Part shown: positions 18,360 through 29,718 of the stretch, piece after piece
Layout: every line of letters starts with the position of its first letter
How positions within the stretch are numbered: position 1 is the first letter of the stretch
NCBI GenBank assembly: GCA_963719225.1
Contig: CAVRAY010000001.1
Coordinates: 864,001 to 928,000, forward strand
Origin: Thermoanaerobaculia bacterium
Lineage (GTDB): Bacteria; Acidobacteriota; Thermoanaerobaculia; UBA5066
Length of the DNA stretch: 64,000 bases
Direction: 5' to 3'
The notes under the pieces: generated by a model
The model's database searches: none
Seen by the model: the letters and a program-made list of their open reading frames with translations, nothing else
Told to the model about the DNA's origin: nothing
Position numbers and translations under genes: made by a program

Positions 18360-19235
18360 TCAGCGCGTCTTCATCCACGCGACGCACTTCTCCAGCTCCT
18401 TGCGCATCGCGGCCGGCGAGTCCGCGCGGAACGTCTCGCCGTGGCCCGGCAGGACGCGCGTGAAGGAGAAGTCGAGCAGGCGCTCCATCGACCGGATCTG
18501 CTCCTTCCACGAGTACCAGCACGCGTCGCGGAATCCGACGAGATGCCCGCGCCTCTTCGAGAAGGCCAGGGTGTCGCCCGTGAAGAGGACGGTGTCCTTC
18601 CAGAGCAGGACCGTGTGGCCGCGCGTGTGGCCGGGAGTCGGAACGGCGACGAGATCGTGCGCGAGGCGGATGGGCTCGTCGCCTTCGAGGGCGCGTTCGG
18701 GCGGCTCGCCGAGGGCCACGGCGTCCCGCGCGTGGATGACGCGCTCGCAGGAGAAGCGCTTCCTCAGCGCGGCGTGGTCGGCGACGTCGTCGCGGTGCGT
18801 GAGGAAGAGGGTCGCCACGCCGCCGAGGCGCTCGAGGCCCGCGAGAAGCGGGCCGGCGGCGCGCGGGGAATCCACGAGGACGTTTCCTTCCGGGCGCGCC
18901 GCGAGCCAGCTCCAGGCGCCGAACGATTTCTCCGACGTGTAGCCGCAGAAGAAGACGCCGTCCCCGGCGGGCTCCGGAAAGGCGTTCGCGGCTTCGCGCG
19001 TCTTCGCGGCCCGGTTCGCGGTGCCGATCGAACCCGTCGGGCAGGCCACGAGGGCCGCGAGCGCCCGGGATTCGGCCGGAGCGTCGCCCGGCTGGCGCGC
19101 CACGTACGAAAAGCCGTCGCCCTGCGCGAAGACCTCAGGCGTCATCTGCCGGCACGTCGCGCAGTCGATGCACGTCCGGTCGACATAGAAGTCTCCGGGC
19201 GCGTTTTCGGGAAGGCGTTCGGCGAGCCGTGCCAC
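18360..19235 (-). CDS. ferredoxin-domain / MBL-fold fusion protein
   Basis: CIDCATC...ACPTGSI Fe-S motif; divergent MBL motifs THRDDVADH, PGHTRGH, FTGD, PGHG. Confidence 0.88.
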   Translation of the reverse strand: MARLAERLPENAPGDFYVDRTCIDCATCRQMTPEVFAQGDGFSYVARQPGDAPAESRALAALVACPTGSIGTANRAAKTREAANAFPEPAGDGVFFCGYTSEKSFGAWSWLAARPEGNVLVDSPRAAGPLLAGLERLGGVATLFLTHRDDVADHAALRKRFSCERVIHARDAVALGEPPERALEGDEPIRLAHDLVAVPTPGHTRGHTVLLWKDTVLFTGDTLAFSKRRGHLVGFRDACWYSWKEQIRSMERLLDFSFTRVLPGHGETFRADSPAAMRKELEKCVAWMKTR

Positions 19236-19313
19236 GGCCTTTCGAACGGTCCGAGCTCGCCGGAAATTCCGCGCGCGACCTCGGACGCAGTCTGCGGTAA
19301 CGTTCCTCTACCC

Positions 19314-20642
19314 ATGCAGCCGCCGTCCGGCGCGCCCCGGCGCCTCATCGGGCTCGTCGACGCAACGGCGCTCGTCGTCGGCTCGATGATCGGCTCGGGG
19401 ATCTTCATCGTCTCGGCCGAGTCCGCGCGGCTCCTCGGCACGCCGGGGCGCCTTCTCGCCGTCTGGATCCTCGCGGGCGCGCTCACGCTTCTGGCGGCGA
19501 ACGCGTGCGCCGAGCTCGCGACGATGTTTCCGCTCGCCGGCGGCCCCTACATCTTCTTCCGCGAGGCGTACGGGCCGCTCGCCGGGTTCCTTTTCGGATG
19601 GACGATGGCGCTCGTCATCCAGACCGGCACGATCGCGGCGGTCGCGGTCGCCTTCGCGAAGTTCCTCGGGATCCTCCTGCCGTCCGTGGCGGGCGGAGCG
19701 ACGAAAGCCGTCGCGGCATCCGTCGTTCTCGTCCTCAGCGCCACGAACGCGATCGGGCTCAAGACGGGAACCCGCCTGCAGAACGTCCTGACCATCCTCA
19801 AGGTCGCCGCGCTCGTCGCCCTGACGGCGGCGGGAATCCTCCTCGGCCGCGCGTCCGCTTCCGCCACTGTCCCCGGGGTGGAAGTGCCCTTCGCGGGGTC
19901 CCTCGTCCTGGCGTTCGCCCTCGCGCTCGTCGGGCCCGCGTTCTCGCAATCGGCCTGGACGAACGTGACGTTCCCCGGCGCCGAGATCCGGGAGCCCGGC
20001 CGCACCTTCCCGCGCGCGCTCCTCCTCGGTTGCGCGCTCGTCACGTGCCTCTACGTGCTCGCGAACGTGGGTTACCTCAAGGCGCTGGGCTTTTCGGGCA
20101 TCGCCCATGCACCTCAGGACCGCGTCGGCACGGCCGCGGCCGCGACCCTGGTGCCTGGCGGGGGCACATGGATGGCGGGGGCGATTCTCGTGTCCACGTT
20201 CGGGTGCGCGAACGGTCTCGTCCTCTCCGGGGCGCGCGTCGTCTATGCGCTCGCGGCGGACGGCCACCTGCCCGCGGCGGCCGCGCGCCTGAACGCGGCC
20301 GGGGTACCCGGCGTCGCCCTCGCGCTCCAGGCCGCATGGGCGCTCGTCCTCATTCTCTCGGGGACGTACTCGGATCTCCTGCGCTACGTCGTCGCGGTGG
20401 AGTTCGTCGTCCTCATTCTCCTGGTCCTCGCGGTGCCGGCCCTGCGCCGGAAGCTCCCCGGGCAGGACCGGCCTTTCCGGACCTGGGGCCATCCGGCGAC
20501 GTCCGCGCTCTTCGTCTTCCTCGCGGGCGCCGTGGTGATCCTGCTCGCGATCGCGAGCCCGCGCACGACGCTGCCGGGATTCGGCCTCGTCCTCCTCGGC
20601 ATCCCCGTCTATCTCGTGCGCCGGAAAGGGCGGGCCGCGTGA
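19314..20642 (+). CDS. APC-family amino acid permease
   Basis: GSMIGSGIF, AELATMFPLAGGPY; multiple TM helices. Confidence 0.93.
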   Translation: MQPPSGAPRRLIGLVDATALVVGSMIGSGIFIVSAESARLLGTPGRLLAVWILAGALTLLAANACAELATMFPLAGGPYIFFREAYGPLAGFLFGWTMALVIQTGTIAAVAVAFAKFLGILLPSVAGGATKAVAASVVLVLSATNAIGLKTGTRLQNVLTILKVAALVALTAAGILLGRASASATVPGVEVPFAGSLVLAFALALVGPAFSQSAWTNVTFPGAEIREPGRTFPRALLLGCALVTCLYVLANVGYLKALGFSGIAHAPQDRVGTAAAATLVPGGGTWMAGAILVSTFGCANGLVLSGARVVYALAADGHLPAAAARLNAAGVPGVALALQAAWALVLILSGTYSDLLRYVVAVEFVVLILLVLAVPALRRKLPGQDRPFRTWGHPATSALFVFLAGAVVILLAIASPRTTLPGFGLVLLGIPVYLVRRKGRAA

Positions 20643-21247
20643 AGGTGGCGGGAGAGTACGCGTGGCTCCTCGAGTTCGAAGGCGAGGAGGCGCGGGCGAA
20701 CGAGGCGGCGCGAAACGCCGCGGCGGCGATCCGGGCCTCGGGTCTTCCGGGTCTCGTGGACGTCGTCCCCGCGGCGCGCACCGTCCTCGTTCTCGGCACG
20801 CCGGAGCTTTCCGCGCGCTCTCTCGAAGCGTTCGAAGCGGCTCCTGACGGCACGGGGCCCGCGCGTCCGGGGCGCCGGCACGAGATCCGGATGACGCCGG
20901 ACGGTGCGGACCTCGACGAGATCGCATCGCGCTCGGGGCTCTCGCCCGACGCCTTTCTCGAGGCATTCGTCAGGCTGGAGTTCACCGTCGGATTTCTCGG
21001 CTTCTCGCCCGGATTTGCCTATCTCTACGGGTTGCCCAGGGCCTTTCACCTGCCGAGGCGCGGCACTCCGCGCGTCGCCGTGCCTGCCGGAAGCGTCGCC
21101 CTCGCGGGGCCGTACGTCGGAATCTATCCGGCCCCGACTCCGGGCGGATGGAACCTCCTCGGGCGGACCGCGCGCGAGCTCGTGGACTTCCGGTCCGATC
21201 CGCCGTTTCTCTTCGCCGCCGGGGACCGGGTGCGCTTTTCGCTGTGA
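20639..21247 (+). CDS. pxpB: 5-oxoprolinase subunit B
   Basis: DVVPAARTVLV, GFLGFSPGFAYL, VPAGSVALAG..GIYP..TPGGWNLLGRT. Confidence 0.92.
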   Translation: MKVAGEYAWLLEFEGEEARANEAARNAAAAIRASGLPGLVDVVPAARTVLVLGTPELSARSLEAFEAAPDGTGPARPGRRHEIRMTPDGADLDEIASRSGLSPDAFLEAFVRLEFTVGFLGFSPGFAYLYGLPRAFHLPRRGTPRVAVPAGSVALAGPYVGIYPAPTPGGWNLLGRTARELVDFRSDPPFLFAAGDRVRFSL

Positions 21248-22170
21248 TGGGGACGCGCGGACTCCTCGTCCTGGAGCCGGGGCTCCTCACGACGGTGCAG
21301 GACCTCGGGCGATACGGGTGGGCGTCGTTCGGCGTTCCGGAGACCGGCGCGCTCGACGAGGAAGCGCTGCGTCTGGCGAACCGCCTCGTCGGGAACGCCG
21401 AGAACGCGGCCGCTCTCGAGATCACGCTCCTGGGACCGGTCCTGCGCGCCTCGAGCGACCTCGATCTCGCGGTCCTCGGCGGGACGTTCGGGCCCGCGCC
21501 CGGGAAAGCGCTCCGCGTCGCCGAGGGCGAGATCATCTCGCTCGCGCCGGCTCCCGGCGCGACGCGCGCGATCGTCGCGGTCGGTGGCGGGATCGACGTT
21601 CCGCTCGTCCTCGGGAGCCGTTCGACGTGCGTCTCGGGCCGCTTCGGCGGCCTCCAGGGACGGCGCCTCCAGCGCGGGGACTTCCTCCCGGTCCTTCCGG
21701 CTTCCGGAGCGCCGCTCGCCCAGGCGCGGGCGGACCTGTCACAGCCGGGCGAAGGCGACGTCGTCCTGCGCGCGTTCGCGGGATCGGACGAAGGCGAGTT
21801 CGACGCGGTCGCGCACGCGGCCTTCTGGCGCACGCGCTGGAAGATCCTTCCCGAGTCGAACCGCATGGGCCTCCGGCTCTCGGGCCCTTCCCTCGGCCTC
21901 GTGGAAACCGCTTCCCGCCCGTCGGAGGGAACCACCCGGGGGACCGTCCAGGTGACCGCGGACGGGTACCCGATCGTGCTTCTCGGCGAGCGACCCACGA
22001 CGGGCGGCTATCCGAAGGTCGCCGTCGTGGCCTGGGCGGACCTCGATCTCCTCGCGCGCACGCCGCCGGGCCGAAACGTGCGCTTTGAGAGAATCTCCGT
22101 GGCAGAAGCCAGAAAACTGATGGACGCGCGCGAAGCCCGTCTCCGCGCGTTTCCCGGAGGCCCTCCATGA
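21247..22170 (+). CDS. pxpC: 5-oxoprolinase subunit C
   Basis: TTVQDLGRYG, ANRLVGN, LGSRST, SNRMGLRL, PTTGGYPK. Confidence 0.93.
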   Translation: MGTRGLLVLEPGLLTTVQDLGRYGWASFGVPETGALDEEALRLANRLVGNAENAAALEITLLGPVLRASSDLDLAVLGGTFGPAPGKALRVAEGEIISLAPAPGATRAIVAVGGGIDVPLVLGSRSTCVSGRFGGLQGRRLQRGDFLPVLPASGAPLAQARADLSQPGEGDVVLRAFAGSDEGEFDAVAHAAFWRTRWKILPESNRMGLRLSGPSLGLVETASRPSEGTTRGTVQVTADGYPIVLLGERPTTGGYPKVAVVAWADLDLLARTPPGRNVRFERISVAEARKLMDAREARLRAFPGGPP

Positions 22171-22997
22171 TCGAGCCCGTTCGCGAGTTCCGCGCCAAGA
22201 GCCGCTACGCCGTCGACCTCAATTTCGACGGCGGCGAGGGCGGCGACGACGCGGGCCTCATGCGCTGGGTCTCCACGGTGAACATCGCCTGCGGAGGTCA
22301 CGCCGGTGACGAGGTCTCGATGCGCAAGGTCGTGTGCCTGGCGCTCGCCAAGGGGGTCGCGATCCACGCGCACCCCTCGTACGAGGATCGGGCAAATTTC
22401 GGGAGGAGCCCGGTCGCGCTCGGCCCCGAGGCGATCGAGGCCCTCGTGAAGGGACAGGTCGACACGCTGCGCAACATCGTCCGCGAGGAAGAGGGCGAGC
22501 TCACGGGCGTCAAGCCGCACGGGGCTCTCTATCACGCCGCCGCGGCGAACCCCGACGTCGCTTCCGCGGTCGCGCGGGCCGTGTGGAGCGTGTCGAGGAG
22601 CCTCGTCCTCGTCTCGTCTCCCGGATCCAAGCTCCTCGACGCCGGGCGCGCTCTGGGTCTCGCCGTCGCGGCGGAAGGCTTCGTGGATCGCGGATACGAA
22701 GCCGATGGCTCCCTCATTCCTCGCGGCGCCCCCGGAGCTCTCGTCGAGGATCCCGAAGCCGCGGCCCGATCCGCGGTCTCGTTCGTCTTCGATCGCCAGA
22801 CGATCGCGCGCAACGGCCAGGCGGTCCCTCTCGCGGTCGACACGCTTTGCGTCCACGGCGACACGCCGAACGCCATCGCGATCGCGGCGGAGGTGCGGGC
22901 CGCGCTCGTCGAGGCGGAGATCGTCGTGCGCTCTCTGAAGGGCTGGCGTCCCGCGACGGAGCCCGGAGCCGCCGGCGGGCCTTCCGCCCGGGTCTAG
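22167..22997 (+). CDS. pxpA: 5-oxoprolinase subunit A (LamB/YcsF)
   Basis: DLNFDGGE, NIACGGHAGD, AHPSYEDRANFGR, VKPHGALY, CVHGD. Confidence 0.94.
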   Translation: MIEPVREFRAKSRYAVDLNFDGGEGGDDAGLMRWVSTVNIACGGHAGDEVSMRKVVCLALAKGVAIHAHPSYEDRANFGRSPVALGPEAIEALVKGQVDTLRNIVREEEGELTGVKPHGALYHAAAANPDVASAVARAVWSVSRSLVLVSSPGSKLLDAGRALGLAVAAEGFVDRGYEADGSLIPRGAPGALVEDPEAAARSAVSFVFDRQTIARNGQAVPLAVDTLCVHGDTPNAIAIAAEVRAALVEAEIVVRSLKGWRPATEPGAAGGPSARV

Positions 22998-23009
22998 AGA
23001 CTCTTGACG

Positions 23010-23216
23010 TCAGATGAGAGTGAAGCGAGGTCCGGAAGGCGGAGGCACGGACCGGAGCTGCTCGCGGGTCCACCGAAACCGTCTTACGAAGAGCGTGTAG
23101 TCCGCCAGCGAAACCGGTCGCGGTCGATTCCGTTCGAGGGCAGCGGCTGTCGCGGGAGAGGGGCGGGGAAGGCCGTCGAGGTCGATGGCCTCACGACGTG
23201 GGCTTGAGCCGCTCGT
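23010..23216 (-). CDS. small hypothetical protein overlapping the nucleotidyltransferase 3' end (possible TA partner; start uncertain)
   Basis: Part of ORF 23010..23261; ...AAALERNRPRPVSLADYTLFVRRF...PRFTLI fills the gap downstream of the NTase. Confidence 0.45.
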   Translation of the reverse strand, partial: TSGSSPRREAIDLDGLPRPSPATAAALERNRPRPVSLADYTLFVRRFRWTREQLRSVPPPSGPRFTLI

Positions 23217-23721
23217 AGAGGTCCGTGAGGCCCGCCCTCTCGAAGTATCCACGGGCTTCATTATGGTCGATTCCGGGAAGGGCGAGAAGGTGTTGCAGGT
23301 CGGGACTGTCTCGAATCGCTCTTGTCGCCACGCTCTGGATAGCGCGGACCTTCATGGCGACGAGGTGCTCGGGCCGCGGCACGAGGATCGGCCGGCCGTC
23401 GGGCCCGGGGCGCTCCACCGCCGCGTCGAAGAGGCGTCTGCTGGTCTCGCCTTCCACCCAGACGAGGTCCAAGCGGCCGAGATCAGGATCGCCATGCTGG
23501 AGGTTCGTGAAGCCCTCGGAATCGAGCAGGATTTCGAAGCCCTGACCGGTGATTCTCGGAAGGAGCTCCGCCCGAGCGGCTTCATCGACGACGAGGTCGA
23601 GGTCGAGGGTCGCGCGCGTCGATCCCCAGGCCGCCAGGGCAAAGCCGCCCGCGAGCATCCAGCGAGCGTTCGTCGCTTCGAAAAGAGGTCGGAGCAGAGC
23701 AACGAGCCGCGCTGCATCCAC
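23191..23721 (-). CDS. Pol-beta-superfamily nucleotidyltransferase (AbiEii-like)
   Basis: LAGGFALAAWGSTRATLDLDLVV, RLDLV, PEHLVAMK, RD..DL. Confidence 0.85.
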   Translation of the reverse strand: MDAARLVALLRPLFEATNARWMLAGGFALAAWGSTRATLDLDLVVDEAARAELLPRITGQGFEILLDSEGFTNLQHGDPDLGRLDLVWVEGETSRRLFDAAVERPGPDGRPILVPRPEHLVAMKVRAIQSVATRAIRDSPDLQHLLALPGIDHNEARGYFERAGLTDLYERLKPTS

Positions 23722-23783
23722 AGCGGGAATGATGGCATGCGCAGCGGCGAGGAGGAGGAACGCTTCCGCTAAACTACGCCTCC

Positions 23784-26001
<2,218 letters not shown>

Positions 26002-26005
<4 letters not shown>

Positions 26006-26595
26006 AGAGACGCACCGTCCACGCCGCCGCCGTTCTTTTCCTGATCTCTCTCGCCGCTCCGGCCGCGCGCGCCGCGGCGTTGAGGATCGGAGCCCCGGCG
26101 CCCGATTTCACGCTTCCGGCGGCTTCCGACGGGAAGCCGGTCGCGCTGAAGGACCTTCTCGCCCGGAGCAAGGCGGTCGCCGTCGTGTTCGTCGCCACGC
26201 AGTGTCCGGTCTCGAACGCCTACAACACGCGCATGGCGGCCCTCGGGAAGGAGTACGCGGCGAAGGGCATCGCGCTCGTCGGGATCAACAGCAACAAGAC
26301 GGAGCCGGCCGCCGAGGTGAAGGCGCACGCGGAAAAGCACGGCTTCACGTTCCCGGTTCTGAAAGACGACGCCAATCGGATCGCCGACGCCTATGGCGCG
26401 ACGAAGACGCCGGAGGTCTTCGTCGTCGACCCGAAGGGGAGCCTTCTCTACCACGGCCGCATCGACGAGAACCAGGACGATCCCGGAGGCGTGAAATCGC
26501 CGGACCTGAGGAATGCGCTCGACGCCGTGCTCGCGGGAAAGCCCGTCCCCGCGGCCGAGACGAAAGCCTTCGGCTGCACGATCAAACGCGTTTGA
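26002..26595 (+). CDS. exported thioredoxin-fold (AhpC/TSA-like) protein
   Basis: Signal peptide, [35 protein letters not shown]. Confidence 0.9.
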
Positions 26596-27095
26596 GCATC
26601 GTCCGGGGGTTCCTGCTGCCGGCGGCGGCCCTCGTGGTCCTCGCCCAACCTGCCGCTTCCGAGCCCGTGAAGCTCGTGAAACCGGAGCAGTACCGCGCGC
26701 GCGTCGTGGCCGCGAAGAAGGGCCGCGTCCTTCTCGTGAACTTCTGGGCGACGTGGTGCGACCCGTGCCGCGAGGAGATGCCCGCCCTCGTCTCCGCGGC
26801 GAAGGGGTTTTCCTCGAAGGACGTGGCCGTCGCCCTCGTGTCGACCGATTCCCTGAAGAAGACGTCGGACGTGCAGAAGTTCCTGGCGTCCGCGAAGATC
26901 CCGTTCGTCTGCTGGCAGGCGAAGAGCCCCGATCCGCAGGTCTTCATCGACGCCGTGGACAAGAGCTGGGACGGAGCCGTGCCTTACACGCTCGTGTACG
27001 ACCGCAAGGGCGAGCTCGTCGCGCGTCTGGCGGGGCCTCAGACGGCGAAGTCCTTCGGCGAGGCCGTCCGCAAGGCCTTGGCGCCGGGCTCTTGA
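26592..27095 (+). CDS. TlpA-family thiol-disulfide reductase
   Basis: LVNFWATWCDPCREEMP; TTG start overlaps the previous stop. Confidence 0.92.
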   Translation: MSIVRGFLLPAAALVVLAQPAASEPVKLVKPEQYRARVVAAKKGRVLLVNFWATWCDPCREEMPALVSAAKGFSSKDVAVALVSTDSLKKTSDVQKFLASAKIPFVCWQAKSPDPQVFIDAVDKSWDGAVPYTLVYDRKGELVARLAGPQTAKSFGEAVRKALAPGS

Positions 27096-27697
27096 CGCGC
27101 CGCCGCTTCGACGCGCTTTTTCTCGATCGTGACGGGACGCTCGTCGCCGAACGCGGTTTCCTCGGGGACCCGCGCGCGGTGCGGCTCGCGCCCGGCGCCG
27201 CGGAGCGCCTGAGGGCATTCCAGCGCGAGGGAACGGCCCTCTTCATCGTCACGAACCAGTCCGGGCTCGCCCGCGGCTTCCTGACGCGCGAGCAGGTGGA
27301 CGCTGTGAACGCCGAGGTCGTGCGCCGATACGCCGCCCGGGGCGTGACGTTCGAGGGCATCCTCGTCTGCCCGCACCATCCGGAAGCCGCCGTCCCCTCG
27401 CTTCGCCGGAAATGCCGGTGCCGCAAGCCGGGAACGCTCCTTCACGAGCGCGCGCTCCGTGCCCGCGGTCTCTCCGCGCGGCGCTCGGCGGTCGTAGGAG
27501 ACAAGTGGGACGACGTCGGGTCCGGTCTCGCTCTCGGCGCGGCGACGGCGCACGTCCTCACGGGCTATGGCCGGAGGGACCGGCCGCTCGTCCGCGCGCG
27601 CGCGCCCGGTGCGATACTCGCGACGACCCTCGCCGATGCGCTCGACCAGCTCCTCTCGCGCCTGCCGTCCCGCCGCCCGCCGCGGAGATCCGCGTGA
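27092..27697 (+). CDS. gmhB: D-glycero-D-manno-heptose 1,7-bisphosphate phosphatase
   Basis: FLDRDGTL, VTNQSG, CPHHP...CRCRKP, VGDKWDD. Confidence 0.92.
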   Translation: MTRRRFDALFLDRDGTLVAERGFLGDPRAVRLAPGAAERLRAFQREGTALFIVTNQSGLARGFLTREQVDAVNAEVVRRYAARGVTFEGILVCPHHPEAAVPSLRRKCRCRKPGTLLHERALRARGLSARRSAVVGDKWDDVGSGLALGAATAHVLTGYGRRDRPLVRARAPGAILATTLADALDQLLSRLPSRRPPRRSA

Positions 27698-29148
27698 CGC
27701 CGCGTGAAATCGCCGCGCTCGCGGCCGCGGCGCCCAGCGTCACGGTCGCGGTCGCGGGAGACCTCATGCTCGACGAGACGTGGGTCGGCTCCGTCGAGCG
27801 GGTCGCGCCGGAGGCGCCCGTCCCGCTCCTCTCCCTCGCGGCGATGAGCCGGCGGGCGGGTGGGGCCGGAAACGTCGTCGAGAACCTCGCGTGTCTCGGG
27901 GCGCGCGTGGTCACGCTGGGCGCCGTCGGGCCCGGAGAGGAGGGCGCCTGGCTCGCGCGGCGGCTGACGACGCTGCCGGGGGCTTCGGGCACGATCGTCG
28001 TCGATCCGCTGCGTGCGACGCCCGTCAAGCGCCGCATGGTTTCCGAGGGGCGCCAGATGCTGCGCGTGGACGAGGAGATCGCGTCCGCGCTGTCGCCGTC
28101 CGCCGAGCGCGCGCTCGTCGCGGCCGCGCGCCAGGCCGTGGACGCCGCCGACGTACTCCTTCTCTCCGACTATGCGAAGGGCACGCTCACCCCCGCTCTC
28201 ATGACGGCCCTGCTCGAGGCCGCGCGCGCGAAAGGAATTCCCGCGCTCGTCGATCCGAAAGGGCGCGATTACGCGCGGTACAAGGGCGCGACGGTGGTGA
28301 CGCCGAATCGCCGCGAGCTCGAGGCCGTGGCCGGCGAGCCGGCGCGCGACCTTCAAGCCGTCGCCCGCCTCGGGGCTCGGCTGAGGGACGAGCTGGGCCT
28401 CGAAGCGCTTCTCGTGAAGCTCTCGGAGGAAGGCATGCTGCTCCTCGCGCGCGGCCGCGAGCCGCGGCGCATCACGGCCCACGCCCGGGAGGTGTTCGAC
28501 GTGACGGGCGCGGGGGACACGGTCCTCGCGGCCTTCGGCGTGGCCGTGGGCTGCGGTCTCGGTCTTTTCGAGGCCGCCGAGGTCGCGAACCGCGCGGCGA
28601 GCTTTGCGGTCGCCCGCGTGGGCACGGCCCCCGTGCACTGGGCGGACCTTTTCGAAGGGGCGGCAGGATCGCCGCACGAGAAGGTCCTCGACCGCGCGCA
28701 CCTTTCCGCGGTTTCGTCGATGCTCCGGCGTGCCCACAAGAGCGTCGTATTCACGAACGGATGCTTCGACCTCCTGCATCCCGGGCACGTGAAGCTCCTC
28801 ACGCAGGCGCGGAAGGCCGGCGACGTCCTCGTCGTCGGCCTCAATAGCGACGCCTCGGTGAAGCGGCTGAAGGGCGACGGGCGGCCGATCCTCTCCGAGG
28901 CCGACCGCGCGCAGGTGCTCGGAGGCCTCGACGCCGTGGACTTCGTCGTCGTCTTCGACGAGGACACGCCCGAAGCCCTCATCCGGGAATTGCGTCCGCA
29001 GACGCTCGTCAAGGGCGGCGACTATACGGAAGCCACCGTCGTCGGCGCCCCCTTCGTGCGTTCGTACGGAGGCTCCGTCGTGCTCGTCCCCCTCGTCGAG
29101 GGCCTTTCGACCTCCTCGATGGTCACGCGCCTGAAAGGGGGAAGCTGA
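27694..29148 (+). CDS. hldE: bifunctional heptose 7-phosphate kinase / heptose 1-phosphate adenylyltransferase
   Basis: GDLMLD, PEAPVP, SDYAKG, DVTGAGDT; FTNGCFDLLHPGH, KGGDY. Confidence 0.96.
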   Translation: MTPREIAALAAAAPSVTVAVAGDLMLDETWVGSVERVAPEAPVPLLSLAAMSRRAGGAGNVVENLACLGARVVTLGAVGPGEEGAWLARRLTTLPGASGTIVVDPLRATPVKRRMVSEGRQMLRVDEEIASALSPSAERALVAAARQAVDAADVLLLSDYAKGTLTPALMTALLEAARAKGIPALVDPKGRDYARYKGATVVTPNRRELEAVAGEPARDLQAVARLGARLRDELGLEALLVKLSEEGMLLLARGREPRRITAHAREVFDVTGAGDTVLAAFGVAVGCGLGLFEAAEVANRAASFAVARVGTAPVHWADLFEGAAGSPHEKVLDRAHLSAVSSMLRRAHKSVVFTNGCFDLLHPGHVKLLTQARKAGDVLVVGLNSDASVKRLKGDGRPILSEADRAQVLGGLDAVDFVVVFDEDTPEALIRELRPQTLVKGGDYTEATVVGAPFVRSYGGSVVLVPLVEGLSTSSMVTRLKGGS

Positions 29149-29711
29149 TGCGAGCCTATTTCAGCGACCTCGCGGCGCTCGCCGAAGGCGCCGCCCTCTC
29201 GATCGGCCCCGGAGTGGAAAAGGCCGCCCGCCTCGTGGCCGGCGCCGCTCTTTCGGCGCACACGACGTTCGCGTTCGGGAACGGCGGAAGCGCGACGCAG
29301 GCGCAGCACTTCGCGGCCGAGCTCGTCGTCCGTTACCGGGACGACCGTCCCGCGCTCCCGGCCATCGCGCTCGCGGCCGACGTCGCGATCCTGACGGCCT
29401 GTGCGAACGATTACGACTACTCCGTCGTGTTCTCGCGCCAGATCGAGGCGCTCGCGAAGCCGGGCGACGTGGCCGTCGGGATCACGACGTCGGGCGGAAG
29501 CGCGAACGTGCTGAAGGCGCTCGAGGCGGCGAAGGAACGCGGCCTCACGACCATTTTGCTCACCGGCGAGAAGGGCCGTGCCGAAGCCGCGCGATGGGAC
29601 GTCGGCATCGTCGTTCCGTCGTCGGAAACCGCCCACGTGCAGGAGCTGCACCTCGCCGCGCTTCACCTCATCTGCCGTTTCGTGGACGACGAGCGGGCCC
29701 GCAGGGGCTGA
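29148..29711 (+). CDS. gmhA: sedoheptulose 7-phosphate isomerase
   Basis: GNGGSA..AQHFAAEL, TACAND, FSRQIEAL, TTSGGS, VQELH. Confidence 0.94.
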   Translation: MRAYFSDLAALAEGAALSIGPGVEKAARLVAGAALSAHTTFAFGNGGSATQAQHFAAELVVRYRDDRPALPAIALAADVAILTACANDYDYSVVFSRQIEALAKPGDVAVGITTSGGSANVLKALEAAKERGLTTILLTGEKGRAEAARWDVGIVVPSSETAHVQELHLAALHLICRFVDDERARRG

Positions 29712-29718
29712 AGAAGGC

